A DNA stretch of 64,000 nucleotides, taken from Octopus sinensis (taxonomy: Eukaryota). Of the stretch, positions 15,201-30,354 are shown in pieces. Position 1 is the first letter of the stretch. Every line of letters starts with the position of its first letter. Made by a program: the position numbers and the translations under genes. The stretch lies in contig NC_042997.1 of assembly GCF_006345805.1 (NCBI RefSeq), positions 55,056,001-55,120,000 of the forward strand, given 5' to 3'. A model generated the notes under the pieces. That model had not been told where the DNA came from. It saw only the letters and a program-made list of their open reading frames with translations, and searched no databases.

Positions 15201-15994
15201 ATTTGTTCTACCGATGGAGATTTTGCATGGAATCTGTTATGGATGAATAGTTTTCCATTTGTGTGATCTGAAATCTGCGGGTTATGTGAGAATTTATCTA
15301 TAATTTGCTCAGTTATAGCAGGAAAGATGTTGAAAAAAAAAATGTAGTGGTAACGGAAAGACAGACACTACACTTCGGTTTTGATGCATTGCACAAATCG
15401 CGTAACAGTGATGAAGTTTTCTGAGTAGCCAAGTTCAGCTATCACTTATTGATCTTCACGATTTACGGAATCGTAATGATTATGAAAGAAAGCCATGAAC
15501 ATCATCACACCTGAGTGTCCTTTCATATTTTTTTAGGGGACGGATTACCATCCATATCACTTTTACATAATATCGACATCATCTACAAGGTAGCCTACAA
15601 TACTTGCTTGACTTGCTACAAAAATAAGCCAAATGTGTCAGGTTACATCCCACAAAATGGATAATGATAACTGATTAGCAGAACAAGGAGTAGAAAGAAA
15701 ACGGATGCTTAATTGGATTACCCCAGCTAATGCTAAATGACTTCAAAAATCACCAGCGCCAACGGGGAAATTCATGTGTGGTTGCTTGATTTGTTAGAGA
15801 TAGCATCCCAATCTTCCTCAGGTTACACTTTATTGTCTTGAAAAGAAGGAGATGCATTAAATAATGCAGGGCTAGATAGGTAATACTTGAAAGAACTCTG
15901 TGTTGATTGCTGGTATCTCTTTTATAATAGGTCCGGTTAGTTGGACGAATCTGCGACTGAGTTAACAACAACCAGCTCCACCACCTCCTTGTAT

Positions 15995-16315
15995 TGACAC
16001 CACCACCACCACCAAAACCACCTCCACCACCACCACCACCACCACCTCCACCACCACCACCACCACCACCATATCCAGCACTATCGCCAACATTACCCTT
16101 TTCGCCACCACTATTAGAATTTATCAATTTATCATTACAATAAAGACATCACTACCACCAACACTTACAATCGCATCATTCTTAACACACATCTACTACA
16201 ACCATTATCATTACTACTATCAAATTACCAGCCTTACTATGAAAGTCTTGCTATCACCGTCGCAACCACAAAGACACCACCACCACCACCACCACCACCA
16301 CCACCACCACCACCC

Positions 16316-16360
<45 letters not shown>

Positions 16361-17031
16361 GCGGCTGCTGCTGCTGCTGCTGCTGCCGCCGCCGCCGCCA
16401 CTACAACAACCACCACCGCTACAATCACTACATAACCTCGTCTACCAGCACTACTAATAAAACCACCACCATTCTCATCAGCAGCAGCATCACCACCGCT
16501 ATTAAAGCCATCAAAATAACCAACATCACCACTAAAGACACTACCATCAGCAACAACACTACTACCATTGCTTGCTATAGCCACCGCAACAAGTACCAGC
16601 ATTACTACTACTACTACTACTAGTACCCATACTAAAGCCACTACCACCACCACCACCACCACCACCACCACTATCACTAACACTTTCCTGTCATAGTCTT
16701 AAATAGAATGATCACTACCATCAACGCCAACATTCTCACACACAATCCATATGACTACCATTGTCATCGTCAATCACACCTCATACCACGACCACCACGA
16801 CCACCACCACGACCACCACCACCACTGTTAACTTATCGTTATCTTAAACGTAACCATCACTACAACCAATACCAACACCAGCGCCATCATACATTATCGT
16901 ATCATCACCATTGTCAGCATCACCAGCATAACCACTGAAACTACCAATAGTAGCATCAGCAGTACCACTACCACAACCACCACTACCACCACCACCACCA
17001 CCTCCACCACCACCACCACACCACCACCACC

Positions 17032-17065
<34 letters not shown>

Positions 17066-18055
17066 TCCCCACAAAAATCCCACTACCGCGACCAGTACAA
17101 TGACGATCACCACCACCACCTCCACAAACACCACAACCACCACTACCACAACCACCACTACCACCACTACCACCACACCACCACCACCACCACCACCACC
17201 ACCACCGGAACCATCATCCCCACAAAAATCCCACCACCGCGTCCAGTACAATGACAATCACCACCACCTCCACAAACACCACTACCACCACTACGACGAC
17301 CACCACAACTATCATCCCCACAAAAATCCCACTACCGCGACCAGTACAATGACGATCACCACCACCTCCACAAACACCACTACCACCACTACTACAACCA
17401 CCACTACCACTACCACCACCACCATCGCAACCATCATCCCCACAAAAATCCCACTACCGCGACCAGTACAATGACGATCACCACCACTTCCACAAACACC
17501 ACTGCCACAACCACCACAACCACCACAACCACCACAACCACCACCACCACCACCACCACAACCATCATCCCCACAAAAATCCCACTACCGCGACCAGTAC
17601 AATGACGATCACCACCACGTCCACAAACACCACGTCCACAACCACCACAACCACCACTACCACCACAACCACCACCACCACAACCATCATCCCCACAAAA
17701 ATCCCACTACCGCGACCAGTACAATGACGATCACCACCACCTCCACAAACACCACCACCACCACCACTACCACAACCACAACCACCACCACAACCACCAC
17801 CACCATCACAACCATCATCCCCACAAAAATCCCACTACCGCGACCAGTACAATGACGATCACCACCACCTCCACAAACACCGCTACCAGATAAATCTCAC
17901 TACCGCGACCACTACGACGACGACGGCCACCACGACCACCACGACGGCCACGACCACCACTACTACCACCATCTCCCTACTACCAATATTGTCATTCAAC
18001 ATCATCACCACTACTATCAATAACTCCACAATTACCAACGAGCACGCACACCACC
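15995..18055. repeat. About 2 kb of (ACC)/(ACT)/(GCT)/(AAC) trinucleotide low-complexity sequence, G-rich on the minus strand
   Basis: Read directly from the sequence. Confidence 0.9.
17064..17910. repeat. Minisatellite: 7 copies of a ~68-bp conserved unit separated by variable ACC-rich spacers
   Basis: Unit CATCCCCACAAAAATCCCACTACCGCGACCAGTACAATGACGATCACCACCACCTCCACAAACACC at about 17064, 17211, 17311, 17431, 17562, 17684 and 17812, plus a degenerate partial copy near 17892. Confidence 0.9.
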
Positions 18056-18079
18056 CGTAGCTGCAGTACGTCATCTTAC

Positions 18080-18124
18080 CCATTCACTGTCAGGACTGCT
18101 GGTTATTACTGCAGAATAGTTCAG
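18080..18124 (-). CDS. Candidate 45-nt internal exon of an unidentified minus-strand gene (LNYSAVITSSPDSEW)
   Basis: About 200 nt of polypyrimidine tract ending TTTTTATTATGTCACAG, then 45 nt, then a TGG|GTAAGA donor. Only phase 0 is free of stops. Confidence 0.6.
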
Positions 18125-18460
18125 CTGTGACATAATAAAAAGAGAGGGAGATAGATAAAGTGAAAGAGACAGAGTGAGAGAGAGAGAGAGAGAGAAGGAG
18201 AGAAGGAGAGAAGAAGAGAGGGGGAGACGGAGAGAGGAAGAGAGGAGGAGAGGGGAGAGAGATGGTAAGAGATAAGGAGAAAGAGAATAAAGTGTAAGAG
18301 ATAAAGTAGAGAGGAGAGGAGAGAGAGAGAGAGAAAGTACAATAATAGACCAACTGTCATACACAGATGATATTGAACCGATGACCACCTCCAGCGGTGT
18401 AGCCTTCAAACAAAGATTTTAGCCTCTACATACATAGACACACAGAAACACACACACACA

Positions 18461-18507
<47 letters not shown>

Positions 18508-18887
18508 CACACACAAACGCACACACACATACGTATACACATAAACGATGAAAATATATGTATAATTAAATAGATACATATATAAGCTCATATAAACGTG
18601 CAAATACTACCCAACATATTCTTATATACATACATGCTTAGATACATACATATATAAACACACAAACACACACATGCATATATGTATATAGACATACATT
18701 CAAAGATAGGTGCATATGTATGTATGCGTCTGTGTATGCATACATCCCCATATAAGCGTGTCTCTGTATATGAGTATATCAGTATTCCAGATAGATAGAT
18801 AAATAGATAGATAGATAGTTAGATAGATGTCTAAATAGCGATAGTATGTTCATATGTAAGTGCGTATGCAACTATTCATAAACTTAC

Positions 18888-18971
<84 letters not shown>

Positions 18972-21411
18972 TTATCTATCTATCTATATATACATATATC
19001 ACTATCTCAAGGTGTGGCTGAGCGTGTATGTATGTGTTTATGAATTCTGGCATACGTACCACTGTTATCTATATATCAATCAATGTATGTATCCCTCTAA
19101 TCTGAAATAGAAAGATGTAGAGACATAAGCACCTATGCATAAATAACACGCAAATATACACGAAAAGCTTAGGTATTATCAGTTAAATAGGATATAGAAA
19201 GATTTATACAAATGTACGCATTTACACATGTATGTAGACGCAAGCATGCATATGCACAACCATAGCGAAAACTTACTCAACGCTGCTATCTAGAATGGAA
19301 TATTATTTATTCAAATGAGTCTGTACAAGTTACTATTCGGTGTTTCTTGTTCTCGGTATTTACGTTCCCAGTAGTTATGGTTCTTGACGTTTTATTACAG
19401 AAACACCGTGGCCTCTTCATAGTACATGTATTACACACAAAATTCCGTAACCTGAAATTTGGTCTATAGAGTGATTATACATTATGGTTCTTGAAGATTT
19501 CTGATAAACATACCGATGCTACTGTAAATTACATGTATAATACACAAAATTAACTAAACTTAAATGTGGTCTTTATTGTGATGATGGGCTCATAGTATCA
19601 ACAATATGAATTGTTGCCTACTAAATTTAAGAAAGAATCTCATCAAAACCCTCAAAGAAGTTTATCTGAAAAACAAAGTAGACATTGATTTAAACATTAT
19701 TTTCTTTTACATTTCACCAAAATTAGATAGTTATAGAACTCACCTGTAGGAAACCTAGTGAAAGGCTATTATACATTAAGAAAATGTCTAACCACCCTCT
19801 GCCCATCATCAAGGATCTAGTTAAAAATATTTCTTAGCTTATCAAGTAAATCTATGGATGAAGCCTCTTTCACTGGATCGTCGGAATAAAAAAGAAACGT
19901 CGTACTAAAGTTAAGCAATTTCAAGGACAAAATATTCCGAAAAAAACACACACCATACGCAACTTAAATGCTTGTAAATGATGCAAACGAAAAATACTCT
20001 TTTAAGCATCCTTTTACTCTCATTGTACAATTAAATCCTGGCAGTGGTTTTGTGACTCGGATACAAAAGAACTTCCGTTATAAATTAAAACTTTGAACAG
20101 AAACATTACATTTTGCCTCAGTTGCATACATATAGCCAACACCAAATCCAAAAAAACGTATCTGACACCAACAACACCAATCTTTTTTGTTTTAGTATGC
20201 AACTGCACCTACCCAAGAGATCAAATCTATATTGTACTGAGCTGATGTATTCACGTTTAAATCAACAACGCTACCAGAACCTAAATTGACATAACAGAGA
20301 ACACATTCAAAATAAAGAATCTGCCAGTCCAACCCCTTCGAAGTTGTAAACAGAAGAGCAAAAACCAGCTTGTTCAACTATGTACGGTTACATAAAAACC
20401 AACCAAATACTAGATATAGCATCGGATGGATGCTTCTAAACTGCGCAAGAGCATACGAACAAAATGGATTTACAACTTATATACCGTAGAAAGGGTCATA
20501 TTGCATAGTTCAGCTAACTTTGAATGTAAAATCTGATTTGATCTCTTTACAGAAGCATACTCACTGAAATTCCAAAACAAAACAACAGCATCATCTTCTA
20601 ACAGATCATGCACTAAAACACAACCAATAACAACATTCCTCTACGTGCTCACGTATCCCAAAACCCAATTGAACATTACAGTTTGTACACTTTACCCCGT
20701 ACATATATTTTAACCTGCATTCTAAAGTCAAGAACATGCACGCTACATTCTGCACTAATCATTTTAGCAACCACAACCACCATGCCACATTCCATATCAC
20801 ACGTTTCAAACTTGCCTGCATTAATATACCCCCAGTTTAAACGTACTTATTATTCTATTCGTTTCAGTTTTGTCAAGGTTTCATAGCTCAACCTTTAATA
20901 ATTACATTTTTATATAAACAGTATTTGATTTCTATCATATTGATTTATTTAAATAAATATTTACATTCTTTGGCATTCATGCATGCAGGAATTTCTAATT
21001 TTTCACGTGATTTATTAATTTTGCCGTTATTTTGGAATCTTTTTCAGAAAATACTTGGTCAGTTCAAATCCCGTCGAAGTCAACTTTACTTATCAACCTT
21101 TACTATTCAACGATAAAAAAAGTACTAGTGTAAGTGATCCTTTCTCCTTTCTAGAAGATGTTTGGATGTAAAGTATTTGCATATACATCTACGTACGAGT
21201 ATACGAATGTTCATATTTTAACAGCATATACAAGAGTTTGCTCGCAAGCGTGCACACGTAACAGTGAGGATAATCATACATATACACACTCACACACTCA
21301 CACTAAAAATGCATGCACACAAACATCGATATTCGTGTGTATTCATGTATAAATATGTATGTGGTATATGAGTCTACGAGTGTGGTGTATAGATCTAAGT
21401 GTACATATTAG

Positions 21412-21478
<67 letters not shown>

Positions 21479-21479
<1 letters not shown>

Positions 21480-21675
21480 GTAGTCTTATTTTTATAACGT
21501 GCTTTTACTACACTACCAAGTGCAGCTCTGTGTGCCTTGGGTATGTGTTGTGGTTTGCTGTGATGCTCTGATGGTTACTGTATTGAAAGTGTTTTACGTA
21601 GGATGTGTGCACTGCTTTTACCTAGGATGTGAGCAGTGCTTTTACGTAGGATGTGTGCAGTGCATGTACGTAGGA
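21479..21675 (-). mobile_element. Severely 5'-truncated copy of the R4/Dong-like LINE with 24-bp tandem repeats
   Basis: Homologous to 22020-22160. TAHILRK is repeated, and the 3' end runs into (TAA)n. Confidence 0.8.
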
Positions 21676-21720
<45 letters not shown>

Positions 21721-21741
21721 TTCTTCTTCTTCTTCTTCTTC

Positions 21742-21802
<61 letters not shown>

Positions 21803-21850
21803 TACTACTACTACTACTATTATTATCATTATTATTATTATTATCATTAC

Positions 21851-21898
<48 letters not shown>

Positions 21899-21915
21899 TA
21901 CTACTACTATTATTA

Positions 21916-21946
<31 letters not shown>

Positions 21947-21951
21947 CATCA

Positions 21952-23204
<1,253 letters not shown>

Positions 23205-23205
23205 A

Positions 23206-23750
23206 TATTTAGTAGTTTCAGACAAATTTCTGCTGCACCACCTGCTACACTTCCTGGGATGTATGCAGCATTGTGTTTTTTTTTGTTGGGGGAGTCTTAA
23301 CTTCATCCCACAAGGGGAGGTGGTCTCTGTTTTTTCCATACATGATCAGCTATACCAGATTTATCAATATCTCCCCGTGTCACAGCTTTGCGATGTTCGT
23401 CTACCCTTATTTTGAGCGGGCGGCACGTTTCGCCTTTGTATAACCTACCACAGCTGTATGGGATGGAGTACACGCAGTCTTTGGTCATATTTGCATTCTA
23501 TTGGTGGTTTTACTCGAAGAAGATATATGTGAAGTGTCGTATTACTCTTGAATACTGTCCTGATGTTATACGGGCCGCATATCTTTTGTATCTTTTCGGA
23601 GAGGCCTTTCACATAGGATAGACAGACTGTGGACAGTTTATTGGTTTCAGCCTCTCTTTTCTTCATAATTGGAGTAGATAGTATGTTTTTGGGGGTAGTT
23701 GTTGCTTAATAGATTGTTATTGAGCTTGATCATTTCTTCGTGACAACAAA
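23206..23750 (-). mobile_element. Penelope-like element, RT C-terminus / GIY-YIG endonuclease remnant
   Basis: Translation LSYVKGLSEKIQKIC..YNIRTVFKSNTTL and CVYSIPYSCGRLYKGETCRPLKIRVDEHRKAV...SGIADHVW. Confidence 0.85.
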
Positions 23751-24784
23751 GTAATTGGTGAGGGAGACTTCATGAGCAGGTAGTCTTTTCTTGGAATGGT
23801 AGCCAAATCATCACAACATTCGTTGCTCTCCCTAAACGACAAGGAGGCGCGCCTGATGTAGGCGGACTCGATTGTGAAGATAAATGGTAAGAGAGTACAA
23901 GTTGCTATCCCAGCCCAGGTTTAGGTAACCACTTCTTGGAAGACGGGGTTGAATCGCTATGTGTCGGTTTAATAATTTATTTAGATGCATTTCTTCTTTT
24001 GCTTCGAGGTATGTTATCACCGTTTATTTCTGCAAGATTCAGTCTTCTATCGTTGACATTCCCATTTCTGGAATTATCTCATACATTTAAAAAGTGGCTG
24101 ATAGAATCTCTAATTGTCCTTTCAAGTTAATTTATGATCTTGAAGCTATGACCTACACTGTGAAGCGCAACTTCTTCCCTTCTGTTTCTACAATTTACTT
24201 TTCTCTTTGGTCTGGCCATCGAGATAAAAGTACATAAGCACATTGTACACACTAATTAGATAAAATGATAAAATAAGTATATTTTCTTACACTGGATAAA
24301 ACAACAAATATATAGGTTAGGTTTATAATCAAGTAAAACGACTACTACTAAATTTCTGGTAATAATTTTATCAAGCTCGGGAAATAGGCAAAGTCGAATC
24401 CTGTGGAATTGGATTTCAAAATGTAAAGGACAACAACTAAAATGAAAATAAAAGATAAACAAGAACCGCCCCCTTCCCCCCAAAAAAACTTTCTTAAAAA
24501 ACGTCTTGCAAAACAAATTTCTTTTTAACGAATATCGAAATAACTAAATAAAATTGAGGTGAAAGAAGAAAATGGTAATTAGGGAAAATGGTAATGAAGA
24601 GAAAGGTTTTACAAAAAAAAACAACAACACAACACTAGTGATTACATACTAATTAAATATTAACAAGAAACTCTAATTAAAACCGACTTCTTTGTAATTT
24701 TTTTGAAAAAGAAAAAAATCAAGAAATTATATATATATATATATACATATACACACACGCTCGCAAACACATACACGCGCGTGA

Positions 24785-24829
<45 letters not shown>

Positions 24830-25229
24830 AATGTGTGTGTTTATGTATATACTGGCATATATATATATTTAATGAATATATAAATATGCATTCATAATTA
24901 CATATATGTTAAATTATATAAATAATTATGTATATATATTTATACGTACATATGTGTACGTACACACATACTCATACAAATGTATTTATACACAATTTAC
25001 ATACATATATTAAGTGCATTTACACCTGCAAACATATTACACAGGTATATACTCATAAATGCATACGTCAGTGTAGGTACAGCGTAGATGGTACAAGTAA
25101 TTGTGTATATACATATATGTATCTATATTTATATATGAATGTGTTTGTAAAAGTTTTCATATATTTATATATGCGACTATATTTATAAATACTGATGTAT
25201 GTATGAATGTGTATCTCTCTCTCTCTCTA

Positions 25230-25320
<91 letters not shown>

Positions 25321-25410
25321 GCCTGCCTGTCTGTCTACCTGCCAGTTTGCCTGTCTGTCTACCTGCCAATTTGCCTGTCTGTCTACCTGCCAGTTTGCCT
25401 GTCTGTCTGC
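25321..25410. repeat. 24-bp tandem repeat x3 (GCCTGTCTGTCTACCTGCCAGTTT) at the edge of a (TATC)n tract
   Basis: Read directly from the sequence. Confidence 0.85.
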
Positions 25411-25986
25411 CTGTCCTGTTAGTATGCTTGTCTCTGTGCCTGTGAGCCTGCGTGTCTGTCTGTCGGTTTGTGTATGTGTCTGTCTTTCTATATATGTGTG
25501 TATAGAGGCACACAAAGACACCGACAGACGCACACACGTATATGCGTATTTGTATGTTTGTATGTATTTACAATGTGACAAGCTTTGTTTTTGAGTCAAG
25601 AAACTTCACGTTTTTGTATGTGAGGGGGTCAATATGTGCATATAAGTGGGTGTATGTTTGGATATATTTGTATTCTCTCCGTCAAATGTAAATAATGTAA
25701 ATAATGTACATAATTTCTCATTTCTTAAATATAGAAATGAATTTTCACCTTCCTGCAAATTTCTAGCGTTCAGCCTATATTAGAGGCAATTATTATTCTT
25801 TGCAATTTAAGAATGTTGATCGGCTAATAAGCATTAGGGCAAGTTTTAGCAAATTCAGATTGAGTTTCATAGCTGCATATCTTTCAGGCATCCCAGTATT
25901 CTCGCTTTTATTAATTTTCTATCAGAAAATATAATCAGATAGTGAATAATGTATTTTACCCATGGAAAAAGACAGATGGATAGCTG

Positions 25987-26056
<70 letters not shown>

Positions 26057-26200
26057 GTGAGTGTTTGTGTGTGTGTGAGAGAGAGAGAGAGAGGAAGAGA
26101 AAATAAAAAATGTATATATAAAAACCTGAAACAAATAAACTAAATAGCTTTTCGAGACAAAACAAATACAATGTAGGAAGCTTTATTAGAACACGAGAAA

Positions 26201-26438
26201 GGCGGCGAGCTGGCAGAATCGTTAGCACGCCGGGTGAAATGCGTACCCGTATTTCGTCTGCCGTTACGTTCTGAGTTCAAATTCCGCCTAGTTCGACTTT
26301 GCCTTTCATCCTTTCGGGGTCGATTAAATAAGTACCAGTTACGCACTGGGGTCGATATAATAGACTTAATCCGTTTGTCTGTCCTTGTTTGTCCCTTCTG
26401 TGTTTAGCCCCTTTTGAGTAGTAAAGAAATAGGTATTT
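26201..26438 (+). mobile_element. SINE family B
   Basis: Head GGCGGCGAGCTGGCAGAATCGTTAG and B-box-like GAGTTCAAATTCC. Possible target-site duplication GAACACGAGA / GAATACGAGA. Confidence 0.85.
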
Positions 26439-26782
26439 GAATACGAGAGATGTTGGAGGTCAATCTAGTTGAGGTGTTGTTGTTGGTACTTTTTTATGTT
26501 AAGTTCCAGGTCAGACTAAATTGAACAGGTACCAATGATGAATGAACTTCAAACCACTATATTCTATGTCCCCTATATTGTGTCCTGCCATTTTTAAAAT
26601 AGTAGTTTGTATGATTTGAAAGGCTGAGCGATCCATAGAAATTTCCTCGATGGCTCTTCTGACTAACAGTGAAGCAAAGTAAAGAGTCGAAGATTTGTAA
26701 TTTGTAATAGTTAGTTAGCAACACGTTTCTATAATGCAGAGACTTAATCATAACCCGGTACTGTTGATCAGCGAGGTTGGTT

Positions 26783-27300
26783 TCAGCAATAATTAAATTT
26801 CATCAACTGCTGAATAACCGTCTTTAATGGCGTTGATGTTGGTGAAATCAGTCGAGTCTTTTCATGTCTTCGATAAGTAACCCGGTCTCTCATGTATATA
26901 GCAACGAAGAAAAAACAAGTATTGTTGGCTTTGTACTGTGTCTCAACTGACATTCTGTTCAGAGACCATAAACGTCTGTCCAATTTTCGGAATGTTTCAC
27001 TAGCTTTCTCTCTACGGAAGGAGATTTCATCACCAAGAGTATTTGTCATGCTCATAATACTACCTAAATACACGAATTTGTCTACAAACTGCAATTTCTG
27101 CTCCAACGCATAAATGTTTGACTCAGCGTAAGCGTTACTTGGTGCAGGTTTGTACATTATCACTGTCTTTTTCAGGGTGATAGTTAGACCAAATTCACAG
27201 TAAACTATCGAGGAAAGGTACAAGAGGTGCTCTGTGTCACTCTGGGATTGAGGAACAAGATCACAATCCAGTTGTCATCTTGCTACTGCGACAAAGTTCT
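26783..27300 (-). mobile_element. RTE (BovB-like) LINE reverse-transcriptase C-terminal fragment
   Basis: Translation FGLTITLKKTVIMYKPAP...VDKFVYLGS...DEISFRREKASETFRKLDRRLW. Confidence 0.85.
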
Positions 27301-27953
27301 GATTGTTGAATATTAGTTGCTAGAATATTCACACCTTCTTAGATTATGAAGCCTGTGCAACACGCTCTGAAAGATCAGCACTTATAGCGAAGGAGTTACA
27401 GCAATATAACATGGATCTGATAGCCTTGTCTGAAAGGAGACTCTGAAGAGGAGCAAAAACGGTTGCGCAGCATTTGTGGTAAAGAACTTCGCAGTGCCTA
27501 AGATGGAAGAAGTTCTCTGTGGATTTATTGAACACCTGATGTCAACGAGGATGTCATTGTCAATGAACAGATTTTCCCCCTAAAGTACATATATACACAT
27601 CTACACACACATATACTAAACATATTATATATATATATATATATTTATATATATACTCACACACGCGCGCACACACATACATTAACACATTCACATACAC
27701 ACACATATAAAGGGTCTTATTTATAGGTATTAATAGGATAAACCGATTTGCATAAATAACGCATTCTTGGCAGCTATTTCGATTAATCAATTATCAACGC
27801 ATTGCTAATACATAACACTACTTTTAATGTGCATTCTCTCCACTACATAAACTGATAATTACATCGAAATCGATTTTGATTTGCACCTTGAGAATATACC
27901 TCTCTTTGTGTTTCCCTACCACCTTACACACATACACATTACATGTATGTGCA

Positions 27954-28056
<103 letters not shown>

Positions 28057-28080
28057 GCATGCATGCATATATACATGCAT

Positions 28081-28136
<56 letters not shown>

Positions 28137-28429
28137 TTATATGTGTATGCACGTATGTTTGCGTGTGTGTGTGCCTGTGTCTATATATATATATGTGTGT
28201 GTGCATGTGTGCATGTGTGTGCATGCACACATGTAGAGATGGAAACATCTACGTTTTAGAGTTCTAAATCTAGTTCAGAAATACAGACAAATACACATAT
28301 AAAAATACATTTATATGTATATTTTAAGTGAATGTGTAAATGAATGTGTGTGTCTGTGTGTGTGCCTATGTGTGTATATATCTATTTTTGCGTGATTGTG
28401 TGAGCGCATATGTATATATGTATGTATTT

Positions 28430-29070
28430 AGAAAAAACCGACTGAACGAGTAGAGTGAAATTGCCGGAGATACTGGAAAATACAGTGTTTGGGACAGAGT
28501 TTTTCTTTAGGATAAAGTTGACAGGGGTGGGGGAAGTAAAAGAGAGTCCTACAAATGGGCTGCAACTGATGAGAATTTTAAGACAACGGCGTTTTCGTAC
28601 CTAAAGGGGGAGTAATAGGAAGAAAAGCGGGCGTAAGCAAGGATGAGGTGGTGAGAAAAATAGCGGTGGAAAATAAGATAACGATTACTGAACTAAGTGG
28701 AAATGTAGGAGTAGCAGGAAAAACGTTCATTTCACCCCGTAATATGGAAGGTTTTTTTCCCCCGTTTCTTTGAGGATGCGCGTCCATAGTATATGGCGTA
28801 CGGAGATGCTGCAGGCTGATGAGTAATGGAAGGGGCTGCTGCATTGCAGTGGGTGACGACAGATTGGCCAGGCATTACAGTATGCTTCGAATGTTTCCCG
28901 AAAAATGATCAACAAGGCAATAACCTGTTCTCCTAATCTAAAGAGAGCTGCAAAGTTGGGCGACAAGTAACAGAAGCTTTGGGTAATGTAGTGCTATGTA
29001 TATTGGCCCAGTGATAGTTGTAGTGTTGTTAACATAGGAGCGGATGTGGCATAATCAACAAACGTATTTA
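28430..29070 (-). mobile_element. Possible heavily decayed LINE 3' fragment
   Basis: Higher-GC unique sequence with only patchy resemblance (SLQH...) to CR1-group C-termini; heavily frameshifted. Confidence 0.3.
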
Positions 29071-29077
29071 CAAGTAT

Positions 29078-29979
29078 TTGGTTGTGTTGAGCGGGGCATT
29101 ATGGATCATGGACTGGCAACTCAACCTAGTTGTGGACAAATGTACTACCTTGCCTTTTGGGATGAAAAACCCAGCTTCTACGTACTCCCTCCACAACACT
29201 AATCTCAAAAAGCCTTCTTGTGAACGTGACCTGGGCATTATTGTCGACAGCGATTTGCGTTGGACAAAACACATTGCTAAAATTGCCAAGAAAGCTGAGG
29301 GTGTCTTGGCATCACTTACCAAGTCCTTTGTGAGCAGCTCTCCGGCTGTCTATCTGAGGCTTTATATAGCTATGGTGCGGCCTCACCTGGAATTTGCATC
29401 ACCGGTCTGGAACCCCTATCTTGCCCAGGATATTAATCGTCTGGAAACCGTTCAGCAACGTGCAACCAAGAGAATACCCTCCATCAGGCATTTGCCATAT
29501 TCTGAACGCCTTACTACCCTCGGCATGGATACATTGAAACTCCGACGTCTGGCAACATGACTTAGCAGACACCTATAAAATTATTAACCATTTTACTAAC
29601 AATAACTCTGAGCACCTTTTCAAACTCCACTTGTCTAATACCTGTGGACATGTTTACAAAGTCAGAAAACAGCACAGCTTCCATGACTTTCGGAAACAGT
29701 TTTTCACGCTAAGAGTTGCTGAAGCATGGAACAAACTGCCGACATCAGTTGTTAGTTGTCGGAGCACTGCATCCTTCAAAACTTCCATGCTTCTTGAGTT
29801 TCACCAACACTACACCTGATTTTCTCCCCTTCATACACACACAAGTATGTATCTGACTCATACACTGTTAAATTTCCTGACATTTGTACATTACTGCATA
29901 TACTCTATACGCACTTTTGACAAGTTGTAGTGCACCTGAGCACTGCATACAATAATTTCATTATTATTATTATTATTAT
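29078..29979 (+). mobile_element. CR1-group LINE 3' end (RT C-terminus, 3' UTR, (TTA)n tail)
   Basis: Translation WQLNLVVDKC...ERDLGIIVDSDL...LYIAMVRPHLEFASPVWNPY...LETVQQRATK, then FFTLRVAEAWNKLP. Confidence 0.9.
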
Positions 29980-30234
29980 GGAGTTTCTTACTTAGTGATT
30001 ACCGAAGTTGCTATCTTTTTTTAAGATAGTGCAATCAGAAATTTCACTGTAATCTTTCGGTTGATTTTTCTAAATAACGTGTGCCGTGCACACACACATA
30101 CGCACGTACACACAATCATACACACACACATATATATTTATTTATATGAAGGGCATTACTACACATAAGTGCCTCACGCTATGCGGGACTCTTAAAGTCA
30201 CGCTGACTACTTGATAAATTCTTATAAAGATTGT

Positions 30235-30310
<76 letters not shown>

Positions 30311-30320
30311 GTGTGTGTGT

Positions 30321-30354
<34 letters not shown>

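Noticed and set aside
15750-17474. Poly-Gly/Val/Thr/His/Pro ORFs as mucin-like or structural proteins
   Set aside because: They are translations of trinucleotide tracts open in several frames and on both strands. The array units change frame and contain stops.
17064-17910. CRISPR array
   Set aside because: Eukaryotic context, no cas genes, ~68-bp repeats, and low-complexity spacers of uneven length that are related to one another.
18071-18100. miR-8-like words (CATCTTACC, ACTGTCAGG)
   Set aside because: Spacing and remaining sequence do not fit a miR-8 precursor; the region is better explained as the reverse complement of an exon and splice donor.
19600-20880. Ancient LINE remnant (also 9000-10800)
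   Set aside because: A-rich strand bias suggests decayed retroelement sequence, but I could not recover diagnostic motifs by eye.
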